This document shows, one piece after another, positions 1 through 11,976 of a stretch of 64,000 nucleotides of DNA. Position numbers and translations under genes: made by a program. The stretch comes from Blastocatellia bacterium (GTDB taxonomy: Bacteria > Acidobacteriota > Blastocatellia > UBA7656): assembly GCA_963765495.1 (NCBI GenBank), contig CAVXWP010000005.1, positions 128,001 to 192,000 of the forward strand, read 5' to 3'. The notes below the pieces were generated by a model. It worked only from the letters and a program-made list of their open reading frames with translations. It did not search any database and had not been told where the DNA came from. Within the stretch, counting starts at the first letter, position 1; each line of letters starts with the position of its first letter.

Positions 1-1304
1 TCTCTCAGGTCTTTGAGCCGCACGTCCCTCACGTTTCGCCCGTCTATTAAAATCGCCCCCGAGCTTACATCGTAGAAACGCGGGATGAGCGCGACCAGTG
101 TGGTTTTGCCCGCGCCGCTCGGCCCCACAAGCGCGATTATCTCGCCCGATTTCGCGTCGATAGTCACGCCTTTCAACACTTCGATCTGCCGGTCGTCGGG
201 ATAGGTAAAATGCACATCTTCCAGCCTTACGTTGCCGTTTACGGCTTCAAGCGGCAGCGGGTTTTCAGGGTCTCTTATAAGCGGGCGCGTATCTAGTATC
301 TCAAACACGCGCCGGGATGCGCCGATGGCGTGCTGGAACTGTCCGTAAAGCTCGGACATCCCGCCTATCGCGCCGCTCACGACAAACGTGTAGAGCACAA
401 AGGCTATCAATTCCCCGGCGGTCAACTGGCCTGAGATGACCATGCGGCTGCCAAACCAAAGGACTACGACGATGGCGCTGTAAACAACAAGGATAATGAA
501 AGCGATAAAGCCGCCGCTTGCCACCGCGCGCCGCACGGCCAGTTCGAGCGCGCCTCTTATGCTCTGGCCGTAGCGCGCTCGCTCGTACTCTTCTCTGACG
601 AATGACTGAACTATTCGAATGGCTGAAACGGTCTCTTCGAGGACGGAATTGGCTTCGGCCAGCTGGTCCTGAACCCGTGTGCTCATTCGCCTGACGTAGC
701 GGCCATAGTAAGTTGCCGAAAGAATTATCACAGGCACTATGGCCAGCATCACAAGCGTCAGGCGCGGATTTGTGATGGCGATAATCGCTATTCCGCCAAA
801 AAGCATTATGCTCTGGCGGAGCAGTTCCGTGAGGCTTCCGGTTGTTGCCGTCTGAATGACACTCACATCCGACGCAAGGCGAGATGTCAATTCGCCCACC
901 CTTCGGCTGTCAAAAAACGAGGCGGGCAGGCTCGTGAGATGCGTGTATAACTCTACGCGCACATCCGCGACTATTCGCTCGCCGGTGTAAGAAAGCAGAT
1001 AGGTGCGCAGGAAACTGAAGATTGCCTGAAGCGCAAAGACTCCTATCAACAGAAAGGCTACGTGGTTGAGCCTTGCGGAGTTGCGCTCGATAAAGGCCGC
1101 GTCGATTATAAAGCGTACGAGTTGCGGAAAGACGAGTCCGAGGCCGCCCGCTACGAGGAGGCTCAGGAGCGCAATGGCGAGTCTGACGCGATAAGGCTTT
1201 GCATATGAAAACAGACGCAACAGATCGCGAGGCGACCCCTTTGGTTTATCCTTGTCATCAGTTTGCCCGGCGGGGCCAATTTCATCTCTTCTGTAAGGTC
1301 TCAT
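1..1304 (-). CDS. ABC exporter permease/ATP-binding protein (MsbA-like), runs off the window edge
   Basis: Manual translation (absent from ORF track): MRPYRRDEIG...KPYRVRLAIALLSLL..., FFDSRRVGELTSRLASD, Walker A GPSGAGKTT near 100-126. Confidence 0.9.
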   Translation of the reverse strand, partial: MRPYRRDEIGPAGQTDDKDKPKGSPRDLLRLFSYAKPYRVRLAIALLSLLVAGGLGLVFPQLVRFIIDAAFIERNSARLNHVAFLLIGVFALQAIFSFLRTYLLSYTGERIVADVRVELYTHLTSLPASFFDSRRVGELTSRLASDVSVIQTATTGSLTELLRQSIMLFGGIAIIAITNPRLTLVMLAIVPVIILSATYYGRYVRRMSTRVQDQLAEANSVLEETVSAIRIVQSFVREEYERARYGQSIRGALELAVRRAVASGGFIAFIILVVYSAIVVVLWFGSRMVISGQLTAGELIAFVLYTFVVSGAIGGMSELYGQFQHAIGASRRVFEILDTRPLIRDPENPLPLEAVNGNVRLEDVHFTYPDDRQIEVLKGVTIDAKSGEIIALVGPSGAGKTTLVALIPRFYDVSSGAILIDGRNVRDVRLKDLR

Positions 1305-1373
1305 CGGTAAGAGTAAGATTGAACCTCGGAGCCGCCGCAGGTCAAGCACGGTTTGCAACGAGAAATCTTCGAA

Positions 1374-1443
1374 CTTTGCGTCTTTGCGCCTTTGCGAGCG
1401 GCAGGTTCTCGCAAAGACGCAAAGTACCCAAAGCACGCTAAGG
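1374..1443. repeat. Inverted repeat built from 8-nt units (CTTTGCGN x3 / CGCAAAGA-like)
   Basis: ctttgcgt-ctttgcgc-ctttgcgag, short loop, then ctcgcaaagacgcaaag...ccaaagcacgctaag. Confidence 0.7.
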
Positions 1444-1562
1444 TTTCTCAAAGGGGGTTGAGCGCAGCAGGTATCCGTCATGTGCAGCCTCAAGCTTGCG
1501 GCGCAAAATCCCTGCGAATAAAAAAATGCCGGGAATACGGGATGTTTTGATAATTGGTCGCG

Positions 1563-1578
1563 TGGCACGGCTTTCGCT
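1563..1578 (+). promoter_or_regulatory. Candidate sigma-54 promoter
   Basis: TGGCACGGCTTTCGCT, GG-N10-GC spacing, about 45 bp upstream of the PAP2 gene. Confidence 0.5.
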
Positions 1579-1622
1579 GCTATTGAAATTCCCGAAAACA
1601 GAAACGAAGGAGAATATCCGGT

Positions 1623-2555
1623 TTGTCGTCAAACGTGCTCTCGAACCGCCGCATACAATTCTGGCAGATAATCGTGTGCGCAAGCGTTGTCGGATACCTT
1701 ATGCTTGGCGCTGCTACGCACAGCATTCGCTTTTTTCATTACTTCATGCTCATAGCGATCCCGGCGGCGTTTTTGGCCGCAGAGCGCGGGCGAAAATTCT
1801 TTCTGGACTGGTCACCGCTTTTCGCCTTCTGGCTGGTTTACGACCGGCTGCGTCTCTTACAGCCCTTTGAGTTAGGGCGCGTCACGGTCGAGACACCATA
1901 CCTGATGGAGCGATGGGCATTTGGATGGATGGCCGGTGGCGCTATCCCGGCGCACGCCGGACGCGCATGGCTTGCGGCGCACGCGGCCTCTCCGTTCTGG
2001 GCAGGGGTAAGCTGGACGGCACAGTTTATATATCTTTCACATCTGTTCGTCCTGCCTTTGCTCTTGTTTTACTGGTGGTCGCGGGGGGGCGAGCGCATGC
2101 GAGACCGTAATCGCTTTGTGCTCGCTATGCGCGCCTTCGCCCTCTTGAATCTATTCGGAATTCTGCTGTACGTGCTGTTGCCAGCCGCGCCGCCCTGGTG
2201 GGTGAGCCTCTACGGCACGGCGCAACCCACCGCCGCACTCCTGGCTCAGACAAAGATGTCTGCGGCTATGGACGGGGCCATCGTTCAAGCACTCATCAAG
2301 TCGGCTTCTCAATGGTTTGGGGCCATCCCTTCGCTGCACGGCGCGTATCCCGTACTCTTCACCCTCATCGCCGCAGCCGACCGCAATCGGCTGGCTGTCG
2401 TCTTATTCGCGCTTTACGGCGTGGCTATGTGGATAACCACGGTCATATTGAATCAGCATTACATCATTGATCTTTTAGCCGGAGCACTGGTTGCGGTGGC
2501 GGCTTTTTATTTAGCCCGGATGTACGGCAACACGCGCAGCGGGGAGGCGGACTGA
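1623..2555 (+). CDS. PAP2-superfamily membrane protein, inositol-phosphorylceramide synthase (Aur1/Ipt1)-like
   Basis: Multiple TM segments; PAAPPWW, AIPSLH and QHYIIDLLAG motifs. Confidence 0.8.
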   Translation: MSSNVLSNRRIQFWQIIVCASVVGYLMLGAATHSIRFFHYFMLIAIPAAFLAAERGRKFFLDWSPLFAFWLVYDRLRLLQPFELGRVTVETPYLMERWAFGWMAGGAIPAHAGRAWLAAHAASPFWAGVSWTAQFIYLSHLFVLPLLLFYWWSRGGERMRDRNRFVLAMRAFALLNLFGILLYVLLPAAPPWWVSLYGTAQPTAALLAQTKMSAAMDGAIVQALIKSASQWFGAIPSLHGAYPVLFTLIAAADRNRLAVVLFALYGVAMWITTVILNQHYIIDLLAGALVAVAAFYLARMYGNTRSGEAD

Positions 2556-3914
2556 AAAGAGCGAGCCCTTGCCCGGTTCGCTTTTCGCAGCGATAGTTCC
2601 GCCGTGCGCGACGGCTATCCATCGCGAGATTGCAAGGCCAAGCCCAAAACCCGTCACACGCGAATCGCGCGGATCGCTCTGGCGATAAAACCTATCGAAG
2701 ATATGAGGCAATGTCTCTGCGGGTATTCCGCGTCCTGTGTCTGAAACTTCGATAACGACCGAATCCTGATCGGCAGAAATCGCGAGTTTTACCCGCCCGC
2801 CTGCCGGGGTGTATTTGATCGCGTTGTCGAGCAGATTGACAAGCAATTGTTTGAGCCGCTTCGGGTCGCCTTCGACAAGCGCGGGAGAGGCAGGTCTGTC
2901 GTAGGTGAGCGTTAAAGAGACCGATTCGGCTAGCTGCCGCATGTAAGCGTACGCCTCATCAGCAAGCTCATCGAGCCTGACCGGCTCGAATTCGAGCATC
3001 TTTTCACCCGCATCCGAACGCGCAAGCGTCAGCAGATCATCCGTGAGCTTTGTGAGTCGTTCGATCTCTTCAAGGCTTGAGCCAAGCACCCGGCGATACT
3101 CCTGCGCGTCGCGGTCCCGGCGAAGCGTGACTTCGATGTCGCCGCGAAGTATCGCAAGCGGCGTCTTTAATTCGTGCGAGGCGTTTGCCGTGAAGTTGCG
3201 CTCGCGCTCGAAAGCCTGTTCGAGGCGGCTTATCATCTCGTTAAACGTAGCGGCGAGACGGCCTATCTCGTCGCGGGTTCGAGTCTCTTCCACTCGCTCG
3301 CTCAGGTTGCCACGGCCAATGCGCTCGGCTGCGCGTGTGAGACGGTCTACGGGTTTGAGCGCCTTGTTTGCGATCAGCAGGCCCCCAAAAAACGCGAGCA
3401 CCAGCGCCAGAGGGTTCGAGATGGCAAGCAGCAACAGCAATTGATGCTGGGCCTGATGGAGTTCCTTGAGCGACTGGCCGACCACGACAAAAAAGGTGTC
3501 CCCGTCGTCGTCACGCGCAGGCCACGTGATTATGCGCACGGGCTCGTCGGGCGAAATCTTCATCTCGTCGTATTGAGGGTTCCACTCACTCATAGCGCGT
3601 TCAAGCGCGGCTGGAATTATCGGCACCTCGTGGCCTTCGCCGTCCAGAATCCGGTCGGTGACTTCTCCATTTTGATCGGCGATTGATACGAATTGCGGCG
3701 CGAGTATCAGCGTGTCGGGGCGCTCGACCTCGGTGTCGCCAAGCGGATGCGCGACCGCCTGAGCTATGCGCTCGGCCTGATGCGCGAGCGAGTTATCAAT
3801 CGCGTTGAGCAACCCGCGCGACAGATACAGATATATCGCTACGGCAAAGGCCGTGAGCACAAGGGCCGCAATTCCCAGGTACCACAGCGTAAGCTTTACG
3901 CGGATCGAGGGCAT
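2511..3914 (-). CDS. Sensor histidine kinase (HAMP-HisKA-HATPase, CusS/heavy-metal-like)
   Basis: ASHELKTPL, NLLDNAIKY, DTGRGI, GFGLGL; two TM segments. Confidence 0.93.
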   Translation of the reverse strand: MPSIRVKLTLWYLGIAALVLTAFAVAIYLYLSRGLLNAIDNSLAHQAERIAQAVAHPLGDTEVERPDTLILAPQFVSIADQNGEVTDRILDGEGHEVPIIPAALERAMSEWNPQYDEMKISPDEPVRIITWPARDDDGDTFFVVVGQSLKELHQAQHQLLLLLAISNPLALVLAFFGGLLIANKALKPVDRLTRAAERIGRGNLSERVEETRTRDEIGRLAATFNEMISRLEQAFERERNFTANASHELKTPLAILRGDIEVTLRRDRDAQEYRRVLGSSLEEIERLTKLTDDLLTLARSDAGEKMLEFEPVRLDELADEAYAYMRQLAESVSLTLTYDRPASPALVEGDPKRLKQLLVNLLDNAIKYTPAGGRVKLAISADQDSVVIEVSDTGRGIPAETLPHIFDRFYRQSDPRDSRVTGFGLGLAISRWIAVAHGGTIAAKSEPGKGSLFSVRLPAARVAVHPG

Positions 3915-3955
3915 AAAAAAGATTCTACTTGTGGGCTGGCGCTTATGGAAGGTAT

Positions 3956-4041
3956 TGGTGCGGATGAGAGGACTTGAACCTCCACGAGATTGCTCTCACA
4001 GCGTCCTGAGCGCTGCGCGTCTGCCATTCCGCCACATCCGC
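3956..4041 (-). tRNA. tRNA-Leu (CAG)
   Basis: Reverse complement GCGGATGTGGCGGAATGGCAGACGCGCAGCGCT-CAG-GACGCTG, long variable arm, GGTTCAAGTCC T-loop, CCA end. Confidence 0.95.
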
Positions 4042-4127
4042 AACCGGGTTCGATTGTTTGTCAATCGAAGAGAAAATATACTACTCAGTGGGCGCGAAAT
4101 GTGTCAAGCAGGAGTTTCGACCAGATT

Positions 4128-6329
4128 TTGATAAACACCGATCTTTCACCGCAAAAAATACTCCAGGCTCTGCCGAAATCCCGCGAGCGCAGCATAACCC
4201 CGGACCGCCTGGCCGAAACTCTGAACCTGACCGAAGCTCAAAAATCCCGGCTCACCGAGTACCTGACTGAATTCGTCCGCGCGGGGCTTGCCGTTCAAAA
4301 GAGCGGGCGTTACTGGCGCAAACAGGCCCCCGGCCTGCTCGTAGGCACACTCCGAGGCACGAAATCGGGCCACGCCTTTATCGTGCCCGATGATGAAGGC
4401 GAGCGGGCCTCGGGCGATCTGTACGTAAGCGAGCGGGCGATGGGCGCAGCCCTTCATGGTGATAAGGTCATAGCTCGCGTCACCAGTCAGTCAGAGCGCG
4501 GACGCGAAGGGCGCGTCGAAGCCGTGCTGCATCGCTCAAACCCTACGGTCGTAGGGCGATTCGCCAGGCTCACAAAAGATTGTTTCGTTTCGCCTATAGA
4601 TGAACGCATACTTTACGAAATCTCGATAGCCCCGACCGACACTCTGGAGGCCGCAGACGGAGATATAGTCAACGTGGAAATCACGCGTCCGCCTGTTGCC
4701 GGACGGCCTCCGTGGGGCCGCGTGATCGAAGTCCTCGGACCGGAAGGCACGCCCGGCCTCGACATCGAAATCATCATCAGAAAGCATCACCTCCCGGATG
4801 TCTTCCCTGATATTGCGCTCGCGCAGGCCGAAGCGATACCCGATACAATTTCAACAACCGATCTGACAGGCCGGATGGATTTGCGCGACCATCTCACGAT
4901 AACGATTGACGGAGAGACCGCTCGCGATTTCGATGATGCCGTATCGCTTGAGGTCTTGCCAAACGGGCGGTTCCGGCTGGGCGTACATATCGCCGACGTG
5001 AGCCATTACGTAGGCGAAGGCAGCCCGCTCGATGAAGAGGCGTTTCGCCGGGGCACGTCTGTCTATTTTCCTGAGCGGGCAATTCCGATGCTGCCCGAAC
5101 GTCTATCGAACGGCATCTGCTCGCTCAACCCTCGCGAGGACCGGCTCACTATGTCGGTTGTCCTGGAACTCGACCGCACGGGTCAGGTGATTTATTACAA
5201 CCTCGCACCTTCAATCATTCACAGCCGCGAGCGCATGACCTACACGGCGGTAAACGAAATCATCACAAACCCCGAAGGCGAAACTGCTCGCGACTACTCG
5301 CACATCAAAGAAATGATCGGCGAGATGCACGGCCTCGCGCTCATCCTGATCGAGCGGCGAAAGGAGCGCGGCGCAATCGATTTCGATCTGCCCGAAGCCG
5401 AACTCCACTTCAACGACGAAGGCCAGATAGCAGGCATAATCCGCTCAGAACGAAACATCGCGCATCGCCTGATCGAAGAATTCATGCTGCTCGCAAACGA
5501 AACCGTAGCCGCGCACCTTGAGGCGCTCCTTGTGCCCGCCATCTATCGCATTCACGAAGAACCTAACCCTGAAAAAGTCGAAGAATTTGCCGAGATAGCT
5601 TTATCGTTTGGCCACAAATTTTCTATGCACGGCCCAAAACCACAGCGCGGATTTCAACACCTGACCAGAGAGATTCAGGGGCTTCCAGAAGAGCGATTGC
5701 TTTCCTATCTGATGCTGCGCTCGATGCAGCGCGCCAGGTATAGCGCCCAGAATCGCGGCCATTTCGGGCTGGCGATGAAGACCTATACACACTTCACTTC
5801 GCCTATACGCCGGTACCCCGATCTGATAGTTCATCGCCTGTTGCGCGAAATCTTAGAGCAGGGCCGAAACGGCGAAGAGGAATGGCAGCAGGTTGACCTG
5901 GGGAGCAAACAGGCGCTCAGACAGGTTTCGTGGCCGGTGCTTGGTGAAGAACGCGCAAGCGAACTTCGCACCGCGCTCGATGTGATCGCGGATCACTCAA
6001 GCGAGCGAGAGCGCGCCGCCGATGCGGCCGAAAACGAGTTGATGGACTGGCGCAAGGCGGAATTTATGTTCGAGCGAATCGGCGACACGTTCGACGGTGT
6101 AATCACTTCGGTCAAGGATTTCGGATTCTATGTAGAGTTGAACGAGTTCTTTATCGAGGGGCTGGTTCACATCTCGACTTTGATAGACGATCTTTACGAA
6201 TACGACGAGCGCAAGCAAATGCTGGCGGGCACGCGAGGCAACAAAAAGTACAGGCTGGGCGATTGGGTGCGCGTTGCGGTTGATCGAGTAGACCGCGTGC
6301 GCCACCTCATAGATTTTTCTGTTGCCTGA
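4128..6329 (+). CDS. rnr: Ribonuclease R (start uncertain; ORF-track start at 3990 overlaps the tRNA)
   Basis: [25 protein letters not shown], cold-shock/OB and C-terminal S1 domains. Confidence 0.93.
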   Translation: MINTDLSPQKILQALPKSRERSITPDRLAETLNLTEAQKSRLTEYLTEFVRAGLAVQKSGRYWRKQAPGLLVGTLRGTKSGHAFIVPDDEGERASGDLYVSERAMGAALHGDKVIARVTSQSERGREGRVEAVLHRSNPTVVGRFARLTKDCFVSPIDERILYEISIAPTDTLEAADGDIVNVEITRPPVAGRPPWGRVIEVLGPEGTPGLDIEIIIRKHHLPDVFPDIALAQAEAIPDTISTTDLTGRMDLRDHLTITIDGETARDFDDAVSLEVLPNGRFRLGVHIADVSHYVGEGSPLDEEAFRRGTSVYFPERAIPMLPERLSNGICSLNPREDRLTMSVVLELDRTGQVIYYNLAPSIIHSRERMTYTAVNEIITNPEGETARDYSHIKEMIGEMHGLALILIERRKERGAIDFDLPEAELHFNDEGQIAGIIRSERNIAHRLIEEFMLLANETVAAHLEALLVPAIYRIHEEPNPEKVEEFAEIALSFGHKFSMHGPKPQRGFQHLTREIQGLPEERLLSYLMLRSMQRARYSAQNRGHFGLAMKTYTHFTSPIRRYPDLIVHRLLREILEQGRNGEEEWQQVDLGSKQALRQVSWPVLGEERASELRTALDVIADHSSERERAADAAENELMDWRKAEFMFERIGDTFDGVITSVKDFGFYVELNEFFIEGLVHISTLIDDLYEYDERKQMLAGTRGNKKYRLGDWVRVAVDRVDRVRHLIDFSVA

Positions 6330-7095
6330 TCTCTTCCACGCGAGTTTGCAGCCGCCTCATGCCGCGAAGCCAGCGATCATAATCGGCGGCCTTGCGGCGA
6401 AAGTATTCGGCAACTTCCGGGTGCGGCAAAATAAGGAATCGTTCTTCGGCCAATCCTTGAACAACCACTTCGGCAACCTCTTCGGGATCGAGCGCGCCTT
6501 CTTTAAGAAAGGAACCGCCGTCTGCCGCCGCTTCAAGCATATTCGTGCGAACGCCCTGCGGACACAGACACGAAACCTTGATACCCGCCTCGCCGTGAGC
6601 GATTGCCAGCCATTCGGCAAACGCCACGGCCGCGTGCTTTGTGACCGAATATGGAGCCGAGCCTATTTGAGTGAGCAGCCCGGCAGCCGACGCGGTGTTT
6701 AGCAAGTACCCCTCGCCTCGCTCAAGCATCGCGGGCAGGACGGCTCTCGCGGCATAGACGTGAGCCATAAAATTGATTTCCCAGATTCGCTGCCATGCCT
6801 TGTCGCTCACCTCAGCGCCGCCGTCGGTCGCAATCCCCGCGTTAGAGCAGAAGAGATCAATCGCTCCATACTTTTCGGTCGCCTGATTAACCAGATTTAT
6901 GATGTCGGCTTCACGGCTCACATCTGTCTCCACGGCAAGACCGCCAATTTCGCGGGCCACGCTTTGCGCGCCTTCACGGTCGAGATCAGCCACAACCACG
7001 CCACGCGCACCCTCCTGTGCAAAGCGGCGCGCAAGCGCGCGGCCAATGCCCGTCGCTCCGCCCGTGACTACCGCGACCCTGTCCCTCAGTTGCAT
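6307..7095 (-). CDS. Short-chain dehydrogenase/reductase
   Basis: [16 protein letters not shown]. Confidence 0.92.
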   Translation of the reverse strand: MQLRDRVAVVTGGATGIGRALARRFAQEGARGVVVADLDREGAQSVAREIGGLAVETDVSREADIINLVNQATEKYGAIDLFCSNAGIATDGGAEVSDKAWQRIWEINFMAHVYAARAVLPAMLERGEGYLLNTASAAGLLTQIGSAPYSVTKHAAVAFAEWLAIAHGEAGIKVSCLCPQGVRTNMLEAAADGGSFLKEGALDPEEVAEVVVQGLAEERFLILPHPEVAEYFRRKAADYDRWLRGMRRLQTRVEEIRQQKNL

Positions 7096-7158
7096 ACGTT
7101 CTTCCTTTTCGTTTACCTCAACATGTAGGTCTGGCTAGTAGAAATAGGCCGGGACGGA

Positions 7159-7238
7159 CACGGATGCGGCGGATCTACGCGGATCTGATCAAATAAAGTC
7201 TGATCCGTGTTGATCCGTCCGATCCGTCGAATCCGTGA
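7159..7238. repeat. Inverted repeat of 9-10-nt CGGAT/ATCCG units
   Basis: cacggatgcggcggatctacgcggatc ... gatccgtgttgatccgtccgatccgtcgaatccgtg between ACAD and SDR. Confidence 0.7.
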
Positions 7239-7290
7239 TCTATTGCCTCTTTCCCAACCATTCAAATCCATTTCCACCGATTGCCTGCGA

Positions 7291-8493
<1,203 letters not shown>

Positions 8494-8652
8494 GATTGAT
8501 AGCTCCTGTAGGGTTTTTGCCGTATTAGGGCGGCTCAAGCCTGTGCGAGTATAGCATGTCACGGCGGTTCATCCACCATGGAAATGACCCGGTGGCGTGC
8601 TGAAATCGCCCGCAGGCGATAGACTATAAGACTAATAATCGGAGAGCAACTG

Positions 8653-9150
8653 ATGTCGAAAATACGTGATTGCGAACCCGAAGACGCCGAAGCCATCGCG
8701 CTGATTTACAACCAGTCCATCGGGGCGCGCGATAGCACTATGGATCAGACGCCCAAAAGCAAAGAAGAGATTTTGAAATGGATAAATGCGTTCACCGAGC
8801 AAGAGACTATTCTCGTCTTTGAGGATGAAGACCGGGTCCTGGGATGGGGCATCATAAAGCGGTACAGCGACAGGGAGGGCTATCGCTTTGCCTGCGAGAC
8901 ATCGGTCTACATCCGGCGCGATCTGGTAGGCCGCCGTCTAGGCGTAGGCACGCAGATTCAGCAGGCGCTCATCGAGCGGTGCCGCGCCTTTGGCTATCAT
9001 CATCTCGTCGCGAAGATCTGGGCAGACAATCAGATCAGCCTCGATCTACACAAGAAATTCGGCTACGAGACGGCAGGCATACAACGTGAGATCGGATGCA
9101 CCGAAGGCCGATGGCAGGACGTAGCCATCCTGCAACTGGTATTGGAGTGA
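8653..9150 (+). CDS. GNAT N-acetyltransferase (phosphinothricin/YncA-like)
   Basis: IALIYNQSI, ETSVY, NQISLDLHKKFGY, GRWQDV. Confidence 0.85.
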   Translation: MSKIRDCEPEDAEAIALIYNQSIGARDSTMDQTPKSKEEILKWINAFTEQETILVFEDEDRVLGWGIIKRYSDREGYRFACETSVYIRRDLVGRRLGVGTQIQQALIERCRAFGYHHLVAKIWADNQISLDLHKKFGYETAGIQREIGCTEGRWQDVAILQLVLE

Positions 9151-9162
9151 TGCGTGAGCGCT

Positions 9163-9804
9163 TCATTCAGGCCGCTTCCAGATAAGCATCATCCCGTCGC
9201 GGACCGTAAGACAGACATTTTCAACGCGGGGGTCCGCCTGCACCTGTTCATCAAAGGCCACGATTGCGCGTGTCGATTCGTCTTCGGGATTGAGCACCTT
9301 GCCGCTCCATAAAACGTTATCGGCCACTATCAGGCCGCCCGGTCGAAGGAGCGGAAGACACGCTTCATAATAGTTCGAATAGTTCGTTTTATCGGCATCA
9401 ATAAAGACCATATCAAGCGGGTCGGTAAGCGCGGCTATGGTCTCAAGCGCCGGTCCCATTCTGATTTCGATCTTGCGTCCGTGAGGGCTTTCGGCGAAAT
9501 AGCGGCGGGCTATCGCTTCGGCCTTCGGGTCTACGTCGCAGGTGATTATGCGCCCGTCTTCCGGCAAGCCTTCGGCCATCATCAGGGCGCTGTAACCTGT
9601 AAACATGCCGAGTTCCAGCACGCGCCGTGCGCCTGTCAATCGCACGAGCATCTTCAGAAAACGGCCTTCGATGCGCCCTACCTGCATCTGCGGATACTGC
9701 ATCTCGGCGATGGTCTCTTCCCGCAATCGGCGAAACAGATCGGATTCCGGGTCGGTGTGATCGTGCGCAAATTTTTCTACATCCTGGTTTATGAATTCAA
9801 ACAT
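9163..9804 (-). CDS. SAM-dependent O-methyltransferase (COMT/CCoAOMT-like)
   Basis: VLELGMFTGYS, FIDADK, DNVLWSG. Confidence 0.92.
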   Translation of the reverse strand: MFEFINQDVEKFAHDHTDPESDLFRRLREETIAEMQYPQMQVGRIEGRFLKMLVRLTGARRVLELGMFTGYSALMMAEGLPEDGRIITCDVDPKAEAIARRYFAESPHGRKIEIRMGPALETIAALTDPLDMVFIDADKTNYSNYYEACLPLLRPGGLIVADNVLWSGKVLNPEDESTRAIVAFDEQVQADPRVENVCLTVRDGMMLIWKRPE

Positions 9805-9852
9805 AAAGTTTTTCTCCTATGATCGCGGGCTCAAAATCGGCTCGATATTTGT

Positions 9853-10287
9853 CTATCTGTCGGGCGGAATAGAGTATGTCACACTCGCATGAGCTACGGG
9901 CTGAATTTCACCATCCGAGTACATGGTAACTTCGCCTACGGCGAGCCTGCGCCCCAGTTTAAGCAGGCTCGCTTTTGCGATGACATCTTTCGGATCGGGC
10001 TTGCGCAGGAAATTGATATTCAGGTTTGTAGTGACCGCGAGCGCCACCGGCCCTATCATCGCAAGCACGACGATGTACATGGCCGTGTCGGCGAGCGTCA
10101 TAAGCGACGGTCCGCTGATGGTTCCGCCTGGACGCAGATGGCGAGCGTCATAACGAAGGCGTACCTCGGCAACCATCTCGCCCACGCTTTCCACGTGATA
10201 ATCGCGGTCCTTCATCTCGGGAAAGTGAACGTATAAAAACGATTCCAACTCTTCGGCCGACATCACGGGCTGCCGGTTGCCGCTCAT
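9853..10287 (-). CDS. PaaI-family hotdog thioesterase
   Basis: HLRPGGTISGPSLMTLAD, NLNINFLRK. Confidence 0.88.
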   Translation of the reverse strand: MSGNRQPVMSAEELESFLYVHFPEMKDRDYHVESVGEMVAEVRLRYDARHLRPGGTISGPSLMTLADTAMYIVVLAMIGPVALAVTTNLNINFLRKPDPKDVIAKASLLKLGRRLAVGEVTMYSDGEIQPVAHASVTYSIPPDR

Positions 10288-11768
10288 TTCGATTCCAGTT
10301 CCTTGAGTTTTTCGACCGCGTTCGTATTCTGCGGATTTAGCTCCAGCGACTTCCTGTAATTTTGTATGGCAAGCTCTTTTTCACCGGCTATCATGTAAGC
10401 CTCGCCCAGACTGTCATATACGTTTGACGATCCGTAGTAAGCATCGACGTTCAGTTTGAAAATCTCGATGGCGTCTTTCACTCTCTTCATTCTGAGCATC
10501 TGGTATCCGAGGGTGTTCAACTCGTCTTCGGTGATCAGGTATTCGTCGGCTTTTTCGGTCTTCAGTTGATGGTATTGCTTTATGGCCGCTTCGACATTCT
10601 TCTCCATTATGGTTTTCATCAGGGCTTCGCCTATGGGTTTGCGCGCCTGCTTGTAAGGCTTGTCGTAGAGTATGCCTGCAATCGCCGTGGCCATCTCGTT
10701 CAATCTCGCCCCGCCCGTATTGTTGAGCAGGACGATCAAATTCTTTTCGTCGACAAACCGGACGATCAACGTGTTGAAGCCGTTTATGCCGCCGCCATGC
10801 GTTACGACAGACGCGGTTTCTTTGCTGTCGCCGAGCGGGACTTTCGTTACCACCCATCCATATGCATAGTTGTTTAGAAACGGCTTGAACATAATCTCTT
10901 TGGATTTTTCGGAAATCAGCTTGTCGGTGTAAAGCGCCTGATCCCACAGATACAGATCTTCCACGGTCGAATAAAGCGAGCCCGCCGAGTAGGGAATGGA
11001 CATATCCAGATAAGACGTGTTCTCGTACCCGGCGGGCGTTTTTTCATAACCGTAAACGCGCTTTTTCAGGATAGTGTTGTGATGGTCATAGCCCGTGTCG
11101 TGCATCTTCAGAGGATCGAGTATCCGCTCTTTCAAGACCACTTCGTAAGGCTTGCCGGTGATCTTTTCAATTATGGCTCCAAGTAGAAAGTAGCCCGAAT
11201 TGTTGTAGGCGAATTTCGAACCCGGCTCAAACAACAAATCTCCGCTCGCCTGTTTATTCACGAAATCGGCTACCGTGTAAGGATCGCGGCTGATGTTTTC
11301 AAAGAAGCCGGGCTGATCCGTATAGCTTGGAATCCCCGAGGTATGAGTCAACAGGTGATGAATCGTGACACGCTCGCCCGTGTCCTTGCGATAGTCGGGC
11401 AGGTAATCAATCAGATGGCCGTCGAGTTTTATCTTCCCTTCTTCGACCAGTTGCATAATCAGCATCGAGGTGAATTGCTTTGTGATCGAGCCCAGGCGGA
11501 ATTTCGCGTCCGTCTCGTTTGGAATCTTCCATTCCATGTTGGCGTAGCCCAGCCCCTTTTTATAAATCACCTTTCCATTTTCGGCCACAAGCACCGCGCC
11601 GTTGAACAGCCCGTATTCGTAATAACCCTTCATCAACTCGGCGATCTGCTTCTCTTTATCCGGCTTTTTCTCTTTTTCCTGCGCAATCGCGCGCGGGCTT
11701 ACCGTAAACAGGCTGAACGTGACGTAGAACAGCAGCAACATTCTTGAAAGGCCTGAATATTTCTTCAT
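10284..11768 (-). CDS. Serine hydrolase (beta-lactamase/AmpC-like) with C-terminal TPR
   Basis: Signal peptide, SITK (SxxK), YNN, HGGG, TPR-like NVYDSLGEAY. Confidence 0.9.
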   Translation of the reverse strand: MKKYSGLSRMLLLFYVTFSLFTVSPRAIAQEKEKKPDKEKQIAELMKGYYEYGLFNGAVLVAENGKVIYKKGLGYANMEWKIPNETDAKFRLGSITKQFTSMLIMQLVEEGKIKLDGHLIDYLPDYRKDTGERVTIHHLLTHTSGIPSYTDQPGFFENISRDPYTVADFVNKQASGDLLFEPGSKFAYNNSGYFLLGAIIEKITGKPYEVVLKERILDPLKMHDTGYDHHNTILKKRVYGYEKTPAGYENTSYLDMSIPYSAGSLYSTVEDLYLWDQALYTDKLISEKSKEIMFKPFLNNYAYGWVVTKVPLGDSKETASVVTHGGGINGFNTLIVRFVDEKNLIVLLNNTGGARLNEMATAIAGILYDKPYKQARKPIGEALMKTIMEKNVEAAIKQYHQLKTEKADEYLITEDELNTLGYQMLRMKRVKDAIEIFKLNVDAYYGSSNVYDSLGEAYMIAGEKELAIQNYRKSLELNPQNTNAVEKLKELESK

Positions 11769-11955
11769 TTTCGAGGTCTCCTCAAAGATTTCCTGAGTTT
11801 GTGATTTTACCGGGCGAATCCTTTGCGGATTATATCGGAAAGCCCGCCTGTTGCAAACCGGCCCCTTGCAGATTGCTACACGCTTCGTGCAAGACCAGGG
11901 TCATTCAGTTTTCCTAACATGCAGTTGCCTTTAGATTGATACCTGGCTTTACTCA

Positions 11956-11976
11956 ACTGCCTGCTGCCTGCTACTT
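11956..11976. repeat. Short 7-nt repeat (CTGCCTG) overlapping the trehalase stop codon
   Basis: actgcct-gctgcct-gctact; related to the CAGTAGG array at 34582. Confidence 0.45.

Noticed and set aside
3990-4127. N-terminal extension of RNase R given by the ORF track
   Set aside because: It overlaps tRNA-Leu and the divergent promoter region; a later start is more plausible.
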